IMG/VR virus record: IMGVR_UViG_3300021255_001460
Coordinates: 1-64,000 of that record
DNA length: 64,000 nt
Direction: 5' to 3' (one strand)
From: a virus
Taxonomy: Duplodnaviria > Caudoviricetes
This document shows positions 19,256 to 30,480 of the stretch, in pieces (positions within the stretch are counted from its first letter, which is position 1; the number at the start of each line of letters is the position of its first letter). The position numbers were made by a program, and so were the translations under genes. A model generated the notes under the pieces. The model searched no databases, was not told where the DNA came from, and saw only the letters and a list, made by a program, of their open reading frames with translations.

Positions 19256-22200
19256 ATGAGCATGGTGGTCTATCATCTACACAGTGACAACTCAATGTTC
19301 GACTGTGCCACCGACTTTGCCGACTATATCGCGTTAGCCAAAGAGCAAGGCATGACCGCGATTGGCTCAAGCGAACACGGCATCCATCGTGACTGGGTTC
19401 GCAAGAAGCTACTGTGCGAAGAGGCTGGGCTGAAGTTTCTGAATGGTGTAGAGATCTACCTTACTGAGTCGCTGGAAGAAAAGGTGCGCGACAACTATCA
19501 CACCATATTGATCGCCAAGAACCATGATGGTCTGGTGGAACTCAATCGTGCGGTCTACAACTCCACAAAGCCCGACCACATGTTCTACAACAACCGCCTG
19601 ACTTTTGATGAGTTTCTGGCGCTGTCCGACAATATCATTAAGATCAGCGCCTGTATAGCTTCGCCACTCTGCCGTTTGCCGCATGATCATCCTTACTACA
19701 ACAGGTTGGTCGAGGCGTATGACTTCCTTGAGATTCAGCATCACAATATTCCGCTCCAGAAAGAATATAACTCTTGGCTGTGGCAACTGTCCTGCGAGTA
19801 TGGCAAGCCACTGATTGCTGGCACTGACACACATGCCGCCACCAAGTACAAGGCCGATTGCCGCCAGATTATGCTTGACTACAAGAAGCAAAGATATGAC
19901 GGCGAGGATGAGATGGATCTGACTTGGATTACTGAGCAGGATCTTGTGGCGGCTTATGCACGGCAAGGTGTTTTGCCACAAGCAGTTTATCTGGAAGCAA
20001 TCGCAAACACGAACAAGCTGGCTGACATGGTGGAAGATGAGCCGCTGGATAGGTCGATCAAGTATCCTATTCTGTACGGTTCTCGAGAAAAGGATGAAGA
20101 GGTTTTTGAAAACCGCATCCAAGAAATGTTTGCGGCAAAGTTGCGTGACGGTGTGATTCCGATGAGCCAGAAGGAAGCATATGAGAAAGCAATTGATGAA
20201 GAGTTGAGCGTATTCAAGAAGCTACATATGTGCGGCTTTATGCTTTCCCAGAGCGAACTGGTCAAATGGTGTCATGATAATGATATTCCGACAGGGCCAT
20301 CCCGTGGTTCTGTTGGCGGCTCGAGGATTGCATACATTACCGACATCATCGATATGAATCCCGAGACACTCAATACAATCTTCTCACGCTTCTGTAATGA
20401 ATCTCGTGTAGAGGTGGGTGGACATATCGCTCACCTAATAAAAATCTGTTGAACTGCTGGAACACCCTGAGAGCCTTGATACCAAAACAGAACGATGAAA
20501 TATGCGTAGATGGCAATGGTTTGAAAAGTTCAAGGATTGGGCAATCAGCAACCAAGCCCCGAACAGGGGAAGGCTCAACGACCATTCCGTAAGGAAGTAC
20601 ACCGTAAGCGCGGTGGAAGTGGCAGACGCTATATAAGCGAAGATATGGTCTGTTCTCTACAGAAAGTGTAGAGAGGTTAATCCTTGCACGGAGTAGCGAT
20701 CCGAGCAAAACATTCAAAGATATTGATACCGATATTATTACCGAAGACCGCCCGAAGATATTTGAATACATCGCCAGCCGTTTTGGTAGCGAGTTCACAG
20801 CACGGGTTGGTTCATATGGTACGTACTCAGATAAGAATATCATCATCGATGTTGGTGCGGCACTTGCAAACAACTGGTTGCGCGATCACGGTGAAGATGA
20901 CCGCGAACTCAGTCCTTATCCGCTGAAACGTGTTGACCGCATCAAGAAAGAATACGACTCAGATCCTGATGCGACTGCAAAGAAATATCCCGACATCTTC
21001 TACTACTACGAAGGCTTGAAGAATGTCCGCAAGCAACAAGGAGTCCACCCGGCTGGTATGGTGATTTCGCCAGTTAATCTGATCGACGAATACGGCGTGA
21101 TGTACAAAGATGGCGAGAACGTTCTGATTCACGACATGGATGCGGTTCATGATGCTGGTTTGGTCAAGTACGATTTTCTTGGACTGAAGACCATTGCCGT
21201 TATTCGTGACACATGTAAGCTTGCTGGCATCCCCTATCCACGCTATCACACAATGGACTGGGATGACCAGAAGGTATGGAAGGATATCTGCGATTTTCCA
21301 CAGGCTATCTTCCAGATGGAATCTCAGTTTGCGGCAGACGCGATCAAAACATTCCAAGCCAAGAGCATTGCTGACATGACTCTGGTGACCGCATGTATTC
21401 GGCCTTCTGGTGAATCATACCGTGATAAGGTCTTTGCACATATTGCAAATAAGAATCCGACCAAAGAAATGGATAACCTTTTTGCGAACAGTCTTGGTTA
21501 TCTGGTTTATCAGGAACAGATCATTGAAGCCCTCATCAAATTGTGCGGTTTCAGTGGAAGTGAAGCCGACACGGTTCGCCGCGATATTGCAAAGAAAAAA
21601 GAAGACAAAGTTGCCGCCGACGTTATTAAGATCCGTGAAGGATATTGCGCTCGTTCTGATAAGCCGCGAGAAGTTGCTGAGAAAGAGTGCGAGGAAATGC
21701 TTCAGGTTATCAATGATGCAAGTGGGTATAGCTTTGGATACAATCATGCCGCTGGATATAGTTTGATCGGCTACATCTGTGGCTGGCTTCGGTACTACTA
21801 CCCCACTGAATTTGTTGCGGCTTGGATGAACAACGCTGATGGTAAGGATGATCTCGCCACAGGTACTGCTTTGATGCGGCGCTACAATGTCCGAGTTATG
21901 CCGCCAAAGTTTGGTGTCAGTAAGAGCGGATTTGGTTGCGACCACGAAAAGCATGAGTGCGCTATTGGCCTGATCTCTATCGATGGCTTCGGCTCAACAC
22001 AGGGCGATGCGCTTTACAAGCTGGCACATGAGCATGAGTACAAATCATTTGTGGATCTGCTCGACGACATATTTGAAACCCGCGCACTGAATGCCACACA
22101 GGTTCAGCAGTTGATCGACATCGACTTCTTTTCAATGTTTGGCAATATTAACGAACTGACAAGCATCTACGAGTTCTACAACATGCTGGGTAACCGCAAA

Positions 22201-22701
22201 ACATTGAACAAGGAGAAGTACGCAAATACACCGATTCAGTGCATTATCCAGCAAAACGCCAACGGCTTAACTGCAAAGGGTGCTGAAGCCAAGGTATGGA
22301 CGATAACCAACCGCCACCAACTCCTGCTCGACATTGAAGAGTATGTTCGCCGCCAGAAGCTGGATGATCTGTCAACCATAAGCAAGGCAATAGTTTACGC
22401 AAGGATTATGAACGGCGAGTGTCCGGTCACAGGCCGCGAAGAAGACCGCCCCAAGCTTTATGTCAAATCGGTGTATCCGGTCAAGCGCAAGAAGGACAAC
22501 AAACAGTTTGGTGTGGCGATCACAACCAGATCCTTGGGCAGTGGTATTGAGTCGCGCTTCACGATCTTTATGAATGTGTACAACCAAGATCCGGTCGAGG
22601 CTGGCGACTTTGTTTTTGTGCGGCGCTATTCGGCTGACACAAAGGGCGACACAACTTACTTTACTTTGTGGGAGTACTATAAGTTATATCCCGGAGATTA
22701 A
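19256..22701 (+). CDS. dnaE: DNA polymerase III alpha subunit, split by a group I intron (exons 19256-20419 and 20719-22701, 1048 aa)
   Basis: PHP HLHSD, GPSRGSVGGS, FSRFCNESRVEVG|DIDTD, HPAG, KYDFLG, YQEQ, YSFGYNHA. Confidence 0.92.
20420..20718 (+). ncRNA. group I intron without ORF (299 nt) in dnaE
   Basis: P1 AGGTGGGT/GCTCACCT with U.G at 20419; P 20452-66, Q AATCAGCA 20543, R TCAACGACC 20575, S GAAGATATGGTCT 20639; P9 hairpin; removal restores VEVGDIDTD. Confidence 0.88.
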
Positions 22702-22720
22702 CAGATAAGGAGCAAGGCAT

Positions 22721-23143
22721 ATGGAAACAGAAAAGCTGAAACCCGGTTTGGTGCATAAGAAAAACTATTATAAGGGCGAGATTCCACCGCCCAACTTTAT
22801 CCATATCGGCAACAACAATTACATCAGCGCCGATATGGTTTGTATGGTGCTGGAGATGAAAGGCAGGAGCGCAACTGCAATGCGTGAGGCCGCAGAACGA
22901 CATGGCTTGCTGTGTGATGCGCGACGAGGTGGACGCAATGGTTCATACATCGTGCTGACAGATGGACATGTCGTGATCTCAAGCTTCTCGCCCAAGAATG
23001 TGGCTACACGGTTGAATCTTGGCATACTTGGCCCAGAGATTAGCGAAGAGCCAGTGGTTGTTGAGGAGCGGCCTATGGCTGAAGTACCGGAAGGAGTGTA
23101 CATGTTCAACAATGATGACGGCGACGGAGAAAATGATGTATGA
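22721..23143 (+). CDS. RemA/DUF370-like protein
   Basis: HIGNNNYISAD...AAERHGLLCDARRGGRNGSYIVLTDGHVVISSFSPKNVATRL matches the RemA pattern as I recall it. Confidence 0.75.
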   Translation: METEKLKPGLVHKKNYYKGEIPPPNFIHIGNNNYISADMVCMVLEMKGRSATAMREAAERHGLLCDARRGGRNGSYIVLTDGHVVISSFSPKNVATRLNLGILGPEISEEPVVVEERPMAEVPEGVYMFNNDDGDGENDV

Positions 23144-23372
23144 CAGTCTTCGCCACACGCTGACGGATCTGATGAATGAATTTGAATACGGGTTAACTGA
23201 TCCATCTGATCCGCACTATCAACGCACACTGGACAACATTGAATATGCCGCCAGCTTGCTTGATGCCTACACATTCGACAGGGCGCTGAGTGAATTCCTG
23301 ACCCTGTTGATGCACGACATCGAACAGCTTCGCGCACAAATAAAACAAAAGGAAGAAGAGGAAAAGGTATGA
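23133..23372 (+). CDS. hypothetical protein
   Basis: GGAGA RBS; packed in operon. Confidence 0.6.
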   Translation: MMYDSLRHTLTDLMNEFEYGLTDPSDPHYQRTLDNIEYAASLLDAYTFDRALSEFLTLLMHDIEQLRAQIKQKEEEEKV

Positions 23373-24088
23373 GGGTTCGTTGTACTGGAATGAATGGTCT
23401 GCTTGATGCGGCAACCGCACTGTATATGTCAAAGAGAACTTGGAATGATGCTCGTGGGATTATTCTCGCCAGCAACTATTCCGCATGGATTTCAACTCCG
23501 CGCAAGGAACGCGAGAAACATCCCGACGATTATCCATTCGACAAGGAAATCGACAAGCTGTGCAAGTATGGCAAGAAGCATATTACCTTGCTCAAGTTTG
23601 TGGACTTCGGCTTTCTGGTTGAGGACATTCATCGCGGTGCTCAAGACGACTGGGATTCACACGCGAAGAGATTCGACAACCGTATTGTTCGCGCTTCCAC
23701 CCGGCTGGCTGATTTTGAAAAGGGCGAAATGTCCGACTACTACAAGGATAAGATCCTGACAGATGATCAGGCCGCAGACATCCTGAAAATGACTTTCCCG
23801 GACAAGATCCACACGAATGATCACACTTATGTTCGCGCCGTCAATGGTTATGTGCTTGAAGAGTACGCCGATAACCGCGATGTAAAGCGTGGCCTGTATA
23901 TGCTGTCCATCCCCAGCGACTTTATCTTCCGGGTTAACCTCGCCGAGTTCGCCCACATCTATAAGTTGCGGAACGAACATAGTGGCGCGAATCCCGAAGT
24001 GAAGGAACTGTGCGAGACATGCGCTGATCTGATCGAAAACAAAGTGCCGCAGTTTAACAGAGAATTTCTGCTGTCGGTCGATAATTAA
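23369..24088 (+). CDS. divergent ThyX-like (FAD-dependent thymidylate synthase fold) protein
   Basis: H...F.F.VEDIHR......H...S.R and N..E..H..KLR...A..EV.EL follow ThyX spacing; next to dUTPase; the RHR motif is not intact. Confidence 0.5.
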   Translation: MRVRCTGMNGLLDAATALYMSKRTWNDARGIILASNYSAWISTPRKEREKHPDDYPFDKEIDKLCKYGKKHITLLKFVDFGFLVEDIHRGAQDDWDSHAKRFDNRIVRASTRLADFEKGEMSDYYKDKILTDDQAADILKMTFPDKIHTNDHTYVRAVNGYVLEEYADNRDVKRGLYMLSIPSDFIFRVNLAEFAHIYKLRNEHSGANPEVKELCETCADLIENKVPQFNREFLLSVDN

Positions 24089-24098
24089 AGGAGCAAAT

Positions 24099-24545
24099 AT
24101 GGCATTGGGTAAAGAGGCTGTTGTCAGGGTCAAATATCACAACCCTGATCTGATTCCCGTAGGTGTAATTGAGTGCGGCGACTGGGTCGATCTCCGTGCC
24201 GCCGAAACTGTCAACATGAAGGCTGGCGAGTTCAAGATTATCTCGCTTGGTATGTCGGTCAAGATTCCACAGGGATATGAATTGTGGATAGCGCCGCGAT
24301 CAAGTACATTCAAAAACTTTGGCATCCTCCAGACAAACTCTCCCGGCATTGTAGACGAGTCTTATTGCGGCGACGACGATGTGCTTGGTTTCCCAGCGTT
24401 AGCTATGCGCGACACAACCATCTGTGTAAATGACCGGATCTGCCAGTGTAGATTGGTCAAGCATCAGCCAGATGTATGTTTTGTTAAGGTTGATCATTTG
24501 GGCGGCAAATCTCGTGGCGGCTTTGGAAGTACTGGAACAAAATAA
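24099..24545 (+). CDS. dut: trimeric dUTPase
   Basis: DLRA, APRSS, GIVDESYCG, RICQ, RGGFGSTG. Confidence 0.95.
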   Translation: MALGKEAVVRVKYHNPDLIPVGVIECGDWVDLRAAETVNMKAGEFKIISLGMSVKIPQGYELWIAPRSSTFKNFGILQTNSPGIVDESYCGDDDVLGFPALAMRDTTICVNDRICQCRLVKHQPDVCFVKVDHLGGKSRGGFGSTGTK

Positions 24546-24558
24546 AAGGAGGAAAGGC

Positions 24559-24846
24559 ATGAACGGTATTACATTTATTACAGAGTCTATTGGTCTTGTG
24601 TGTCAGTACATTCGTGAATATCACAAGAATGACAAGGACTTTAATTTTGATGGCGAGAATGTGTACGTGGTATGGTCTTGCAAAACGCTCAAGAATAACA
24701 AGGCATTGCTGGCAACAAATTTGAAAGACGACGAATATTATGAGGTGACCTACAATGGTGAAACGAAAGAGTTCTACCTCGATGTTTATCAGAAGGTTGC
24801 TAACTGCGTCTGCCATCCTGAGAAGGGCGAGAATGAGAACGTATGA
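24559..24846 (+). CDS. DUF6275-like protein
   Basis: VYVVWSCKTLKNNKALL...YYEVTYNG...YLDVY.K. Confidence 0.7.
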   Translation: MNGITFITESIGLVCQYIREYHKNDKDFNFDGENVYVVWSCKTLKNNKALLATNLKDDEYYEVTYNGETKEFYLDVYQKVANCVCHPEKGENENV

Positions 24847-25312
24847 TCCCGAGCAAGCTATGACCGCACAGAAAAAGTTTTGTGCCGATCATAACTACCC
24901 GTGTTTCTGTACTGAGATTTGTTGGCGGTGTGGAGAGAACATCTTCATGCCGCCTCATGGTTTCTCTGTAGAAGAAGCTGGGTCAAGGCTCATCACTGGA
25001 CATGACTATGGTTGCCACGCCACGTTTTTGGATTAAGGATTAAGGAATAAGGTTATGGTTAAGAAGGTCACACAGGGCGAAGGAGTCTGGTATTGGTATA
25101 AGGATTCGGCGCGACATGGCATTGTTGAGGCGGCTGTGAACTTCGACGGTCTGTATCCGGTTATCGATGACGAGAGCGGACACAGATTGTTGCGGTACAC
25201 AAAAGAGTTGTACCACACACAGGAGTCGGTTGAGCCAATGCTTGTTGCGGATAAAGGAGTCAAGGATAAAGCGCCAATTAAGAGGAAAAAGAAGGGACGA
25301 AGTAAATCATGA
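24833..25312 (+). other. two small hypothetical CDS (24833-25036, 25055-25312)
   Basis: RBS-preceded ORFs in operon. Confidence 0.55.
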
Positions 25313-25530
25313 TTATGTATTCTACACAGTCCTGTCCACAGTGTACTATGCTCAAGAATATCATGGACGGGATGCATTTGGACTATCAGGTAAATCACGA
25401 TGAAGAACTGATGAGAAGTAAGGGTATTGTTTCTATCCCCCAGCTTGAATTGGATGACGGAACACTTCTTACTTTCAAAGAAGCATTACAGTATCTTCGG
25501 GAGGGTGATCTGAATGGGAATTGTAGATAA
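25309..25530 (+). CDS. glutaredoxin-like (NrdH-type) protein
   Basis: CPQC; IVSIPQL; precedes nrdD. Confidence 0.8.
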   Translation: MIMYSTQSCPQCTMLKNIMDGMHLDYQVNHDEELMRSKGIVSIPQLELDDGTLLTFKEALQYLREGDLNGNCR

Positions 25531-27400
25531 GTACGAGCCATATCGTAAGGACATAAATTTTGTAAAGAAATATATCTCCGCACAGAATGCCGCATCTGGT
25601 AGCGAGGTTGACGCAAATGCAAATGTCAGCAACAAGAACATCGCAACACTTGCTCCAGAGATTCATAAGAAGGCAAACATTTATGCGAACCGCCTGATGA
25701 TGCATGATCGCATTAGTCAGATGTACGGTGTTCCGATGGCTGATGAGTACTTGCGTCAGCTTGAGGCACATGAAATATACCGCCATGATGAAAGTGGTAT
25801 GCCGATTGGAACACCGTATTGTGCCAGCATTACGTTGTATCCGTTTTTGTTCGACGGCCTGAAACGACTGGGTGGCACAACTTCTGCTCCGAAGCATTTG
25901 AGTTCTTTTTGTGGCGGCTTCATTAATCTGGTGTTCGCAGTGTCAGCACAGCTTTGTGGTGCGGTTGCTACACCTGAGTTCCTTGCTTATATGGATTACT
26001 TTCTCCGTAAGGATTATGGTGACGACTATTATCTTCATCCAGACAAAGTGGTCGATCTATCTTCAAGAGGCCGCACAATTATGGGTGTAATTCACGATAG
26101 TTTTGGTCAGGTTGTGTATAGTCTCAATCAACCAGCCGCCGCAAGAGGTTCGCAGTCAGTATTTTGGAACATCGCATACCTAGACAAATACTATTTTGAA
26201 CAGCTTTTCGACGGCTTCGTTTTTCCTGATGGAACGGGTATGCAATGGGAGTCTGTGAGTTGGCTTCAGAAGGCATTCATGAAGTGGTTCAACAATGAGC
26301 GGCTCAAGAATATTCTTACCTTCCCTGTCGAAACTCTGTCACTGCTGAATGATGGTAAAGAATATTGTGATAAAGAGTGGGCTGACTTCGCCGCACAAAT
26401 GTACTCAGAAGGACATAGCTTCTTTGTTTACACATCCGATAGCGTTGACAGTCTTGCCTCTTGTTGCCGCCTCAGAAATGGCATACAGGACAACCAGTTC
26501 TCGTACACACTTGGTGCTGGCGGTGTTTCAACCGGAAGTAAGTGTGTTATGACTATCAATATCAATCGCCTTGTACAGAAAGCCATTATTGAACATCAGG
26601 CATATAACAAGGATCTTGATTACCAACTCAAGTTAATTGAAGACGCAGTGCGCGAACAGGTTCAGAAGATTCATAAGTATCTGATTGCATTCAACTCAAT
26701 CATACTCGATATGCGTGACAATCATATGATCTCGATTTATGATGCCGGGTTTGTTGCTCCAGAAAAGCAGTATCTGACGGTTGGTATTAATGGCGCTGTT
26801 GAAGGTGCTGAATATCTTGCAATTAAGATTACCGATAATGATGATTATCAGAAATATATCAACGCTATTCTTCGCCCAATTAACGAGGAGAACAAAAAGA
26901 ACCGCACTAAGGAAATCATGTTCAACACTGAGTTTGTTCCCGCAGAAAACCTTGGTGTAAAGAATGCAAAGTGGGATCTCAAGGATGGTTATTATGTGCC
27001 GCGAGATTGTTACAATTCTTACTTCTATATTGTGGAAGACGAAACAACCAATCCCATCGACAAGTTTAATCTGCACGGCAAGAAGTACACGCAGTTCTTG
27101 GACGGCGGCTCTGCTCTGCATTGTAATCTCGCAGAACATCTTTCCAAACAACAGTATGAGTTGCTGTTGAATTATGCTATCACAACGGGATGCAACTATT
27201 TTACATTTAATATTCCGAATACCATTTGCAACAAGTGCGGCTATATCTCAAAGCACAAGTTGGATGTATGCCCAATATGTGGTAGTGAAGATCTTGATTA
27301 TGCACTACGCGTTATTGGGTATCTTGGACGAGTATCAAAATGGTCAATCGAACGTCAGGCAGAAGAAAAACGCAGATACTATGCGAAAGGAATCTCGTAA
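25514..27400 (+). CDS. nrdD: anaerobic ribonucleoside-triphosphate reductase
   Basis: PYC, SCCRL, PAEN, C-terminal CxxC..CPxC and RVIGYL glycyl-radical loop. Confidence 0.95.
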   Translation: MGIVDKYEPYRKDINFVKKYISAQNAASGSEVDANANVSNKNIATLAPEIHKKANIYANRLMMHDRISQMYGVPMADEYLRQLEAHEIYRHDESGMPIGTPYCASITLYPFLFDGLKRLGGTTSAPKHLSSFCGGFINLVFAVSAQLCGAVATPEFLAYMDYFLRKDYGDDYYLHPDKVVDLSSRGRTIMGVIHDSFGQVVYSLNQPAAARGSQSVFWNIAYLDKYYFEQLFDGFVFPDGTGMQWESVSWLQKAFMKWFNNERLKNILTFPVETLSLLNDGKEYCDKEWADFAAQMYSEGHSFFVYTSDSVDSLASCCRLRNGIQDNQFSYTLGAGGVSTGSKCVMTININRLVQKAIIEHQAYNKDLDYQLKLIEDAVREQVQKIHKYLIAFNSIILDMRDNHMISIYDAGFVAPEKQYLTVGINGAVEGAEYLAIKITDNDDYQKYINAILRPINEENKKNRTKEIMFNTEFVPAENLGVKNAKWDLKDGYYVPRDCYNSYFYIVEDETTNPIDKFNLHGKKYTQFLDGGSALHCNLAEHLSKQQYELLLNYAITTGCNYFTFNIPNTICNKCGYISKHKLDVCPICGSEDLDYALRVIGYLGRVSKWSIERQAEEKRRYYAKGIS

Positions 27401-27885
27401 TGATTCTATTTCAGGGGTTTACTATTACATTCCAAGAAGTTCCAGATGAGATCAGTCTTGTCTTTAACATTGCTGATTGTCAGATGAGATGTAAAGGATG
27501 TCACTCGCCCAATCTACAAAAACATGAAGGCGATGTGTTACTTGATTATTTGCAACAAACAATTGATCAATATCGTGCCGCCATCACTTGTGTTTGCTTT
27601 ATGGGTGAAGGTAATGATTATGACGGACTACTACAGTGCCGCCAGATTGTTGCCAATAATGGATTAAAAACCTGTCTCTATACCGGGGTTGACTCAACAA
27701 ATCCCGGTGTAGATTATTGCGGCTGGGATTACATTAAAGTCGGACATTATGACGCAAGTAAAGGTGGTCTTGATTCCAAGACTACAAATCAGCGGATGTA
27801 CAAACTTGTCGATGCCGCATACAAAGATATCACATACAGATTCCAAGAGAAGAATATGAATCTTGGTCGAATCGAGGTGAACTGA
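27400..27885 (+). CDS. nrdG: anaerobic RNR activating protein (radical SAM)
   Basis: CQMRCKGC CxxxCxxC; GSKTTNQR-like C-terminal segment; follows nrdD. Confidence 0.9.
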   Translation: MILFQGFTITFQEVPDEISLVFNIADCQMRCKGCHSPNLQKHEGDVLLDYLQQTIDQYRAAITCVCFMGEGNDYDGLLQCRQIVANNGLKTCLYTGVDSTNPGVDYCGWDYIKVGHYDASKGGLDSKTTNQRMYKLVDAAYKDITYRFQEKNMNLGRIEVN

Positions 27886-28491
27886 ATGCCCGTCACATCA
27901 TTCTCAGAACACATCAACGTAAATGATCTGGGTAAGGCTGGCACATTAACCTTGTAGTGCCTCGACCTGTCTATGCGTCGTCCGGGTTTCGCCGTAATCG
28001 AATACGACAAAGAAACCCGCGCCACAAGGGTTGTCGAATCCTCAGTGGTTGACAACAAATCCACCAAGGCTTTAAGAACGCACGGACAGATGTTGCTTGC
28101 TACTGCCGCCGAACTCAGGCGCTACTTCGAGAAATACAAAGACCGCAAACTGATCCTTGCCAAAGAGGATGCGGTTATGTCTTACCGCAACATTAACACC
28201 AGTGTAACCATCAGCAAAGTACACGGTGTTGCTGACATGATTGCCGCCGAGTATGGCTACTTCGATTTTCAAGGTATTGGCACAACCGCAATCAAAAAGA
28301 TGTTAACTGGTCGCGGCGATGCACAGAAGGACGAAGTGGAGCGCGGCACACGGGTCTTCATCGGACAGGAGTACGAATACCAATTCGATGATGAGTCCGA
28401 CGCTGTGGCTGTTGGGCTGGCGTGGCTTATTCAGGGCGGCTTGCTCAAGATGCCGAAGAACTGGAAGCTTCCAGAAAAAGAAAATGGTTGA
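27886..28491 (+). CDS. ruvC: RuvC-like Holliday junction resolvase, 201 aa, in-frame TAG at codon 24 (27955)
   Basis: TLTL*CLDLSMRRPGFAV; AKED; G.G.AQKDEV; DESDAVAV; GAGGTGA RBS before ATG 27886. Confidence 0.85.
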
Positions 28492-28499
28492 TCTCATTA

Positions 28500-28531
28500 A
28501 GGGGTTGTCGTTATGGCAACCCCTCTTTTTT
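28500..28531 (+). terminator. intrinsic terminator after ruvC
   Basis: AGGGGTTGTC/GGCAACCCCT stem followed by T6. Confidence 0.8.
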
Positions 28532-30048
28532 ATTTGTCTGGATGTAACAAATTTGTGTCATCGTGCCAGCCGCTTACCAAATCCACTATTTTTCCACATT
28601 ACCTTAATGAGGAGTGGAAAGGCGGTGATAGAGATTTCACACGACGAAGGCATTCCGTTCTGGAGATGCCGAGACTGTAAGTGGTGGTCGAAGCTACCCA
28701 TGACTTCCAAGTGTCCATGCTTCGACTACCACTGGATTTGCCCAGCCCGTGACCCAGCCGCCATATTTGGTGGATTTACGTCGCACTGGCAAGGGTACAC
28801 CAATGGGTCGCATCGAATTTGTGCGGCCTTTCAACCAACGCATGACCAGCAGTTCTGGGATGGGTTCGACTTCTACTACAACCACTACTGTCCAGAGGCT
28901 GGGCGACATGTGATCATCCACCCTATCACGCCACTTGGTATTCACAGGAGCGGTGTGGATGATGTGTTTATCGTTCCCGAGATTGATTTCGTTGAGTGCA
29001 AAATCATCAAGGGCGACAGGATTCGCTACCTGCATCACTATGAGCCGCGAACAACTTTTACCAAAACAAAGGCCGAAATGATCTCATCACAGCACGGGGG
29101 CGAAATCATACTGGGCAAAGATTTTGTGCGGTTCGACTGGGATTATTACGGTAAGCCGCCAGAAGAGGAAAATGGATATGGTTAAGAGGCTGAACGGCAA
29201 ACGTGGCCCAATCATTGTGCGCGAGTGGAAACATACGGTCGGTTGCCATGATGACTGGGGATCTGAGTACTACACTGTTGAGTATTGTGTGCGGCTCTTG
29301 CTCGACCGACATGGGTTTAGCTGGTTAATTGAGGCTGGCGACTTTACATGCCACGAGAAGAAATTGATTGACTGCGCGGTGTTCGCTTTACAGGTTATGG
29401 AACAGTGTTCGCCGCGCTACAAACGATTGATGGATCATTTATTCAAAACCAGACTGATTGAAAGGTTGTAATTTATGACAGGCCGCGAACTGATTGAGTA
29501 CATCCAGCGCCACAAACTTGAAGACTGTGTGGTCGAAGTCCAATACCGTGATGATGGCGGGTACTACTTCGGTACTGACCCAGAACCGATACTTTACAAG
29601 ATCGAAGCACTTGAGGATGACAGGTGGGCTTACACAGTGCCGTTCGACAGGCTGATTTTATAAGGAGTACTTTGATGTTAAGACTTGATTATGACATTAT
29701 GCACTGCGGCGACGAACTAAAGAAGTTGATTGCCGCACATCCTGACCTGCCTATCGTGTTCGAGGCAAATGATGAAGCAAACTTTGGCGATTATGAAGTG
29801 ACGATCTGCACTAGTGTTCACGCCAGAATCGGCGAAATCCTTGATTGTCAGCAGGAGATCGCCGACGACTATATCTTCACCGACAGAGATCAGTTTGCGG
29901 ATTGTGTTCAGGATTACATTTACGATACCAGCCCATATGATGACCGCCCAGATGATTATTACATACAGAAAGCAAAACAACTTGTCGAAAGCTACGAACC
30001 TTACTGGAAGAAGTGCATTCTTGTGACGGTCGGCAACTGAGGTGGATT

Positions 30049-30480
30049 ATGAGATACGGAAAATGGATTGACCCAGTTCCAGAAGGTGTTATGTACTGGG
30101 ATGAACGAGCGTATCAACAATGTTCGCTATGTGGCAAGAAGCAATTTCTATCATATGGGATGAAGTATTGTCCGCATTGTGGGGCAAGAATGGACGGCAC
30201 TGAGGATAAATATTGGATCAGCGTTCGTGATCGACTTCCAGTTATCGATGAAGATGTGCTGGTTTGCGCGGTTAACAAAACAACTGGCGAACAAAGCATC
30301 TTGATTACAAGCATGGAAGATACGTTGTACTACGGCGCTAGTAATTCGGTAAAGATAGATCCAAGATGGAGAAGTCCGTACCAGTATTTTTCTGAAAACA
30401 ATACGATCACTCACTGGATGCCGCTTCCACAGCCACCAGACAAGGAGCAAGATCAAGATGAAAGAAAAGCTGACAAGTAA
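30049..30480 (+). CDS. Zn-ribbon plus DUF551-like protein
   Basis: CSLCG...YCPHCGARMD then WISVRDRLP...THWMPLPQPP. Confidence 0.7.
   Translation: MRYGKWIDPVPEGVMYWDERAYQQCSLCGKKQFLSYGMKYCPHCGARMDGTEDKYWISVRDRLPVIDEDVLVCAVNKTTGEQSILITSMEDTLYYGASNSVKIDPRWRSPYQYFSENNTITHWMPLPQPPDKEQDQDERKADK

Noticed and set aside
19133-20452. Stops at 20452 and 51133 as true gene ends
   Set aside because: Both lie inside introns, and the conserved protein motifs resume after splicing
20370-20926. Homing endonuclease ORF or group II intron in dnaE
   Set aside because: The 299-nt insert has group I P/Q/R/S motifs and no room for a nuclease; ORFs 20370..20873(-) and 20684..20926(+) look like shadow or alternate frames
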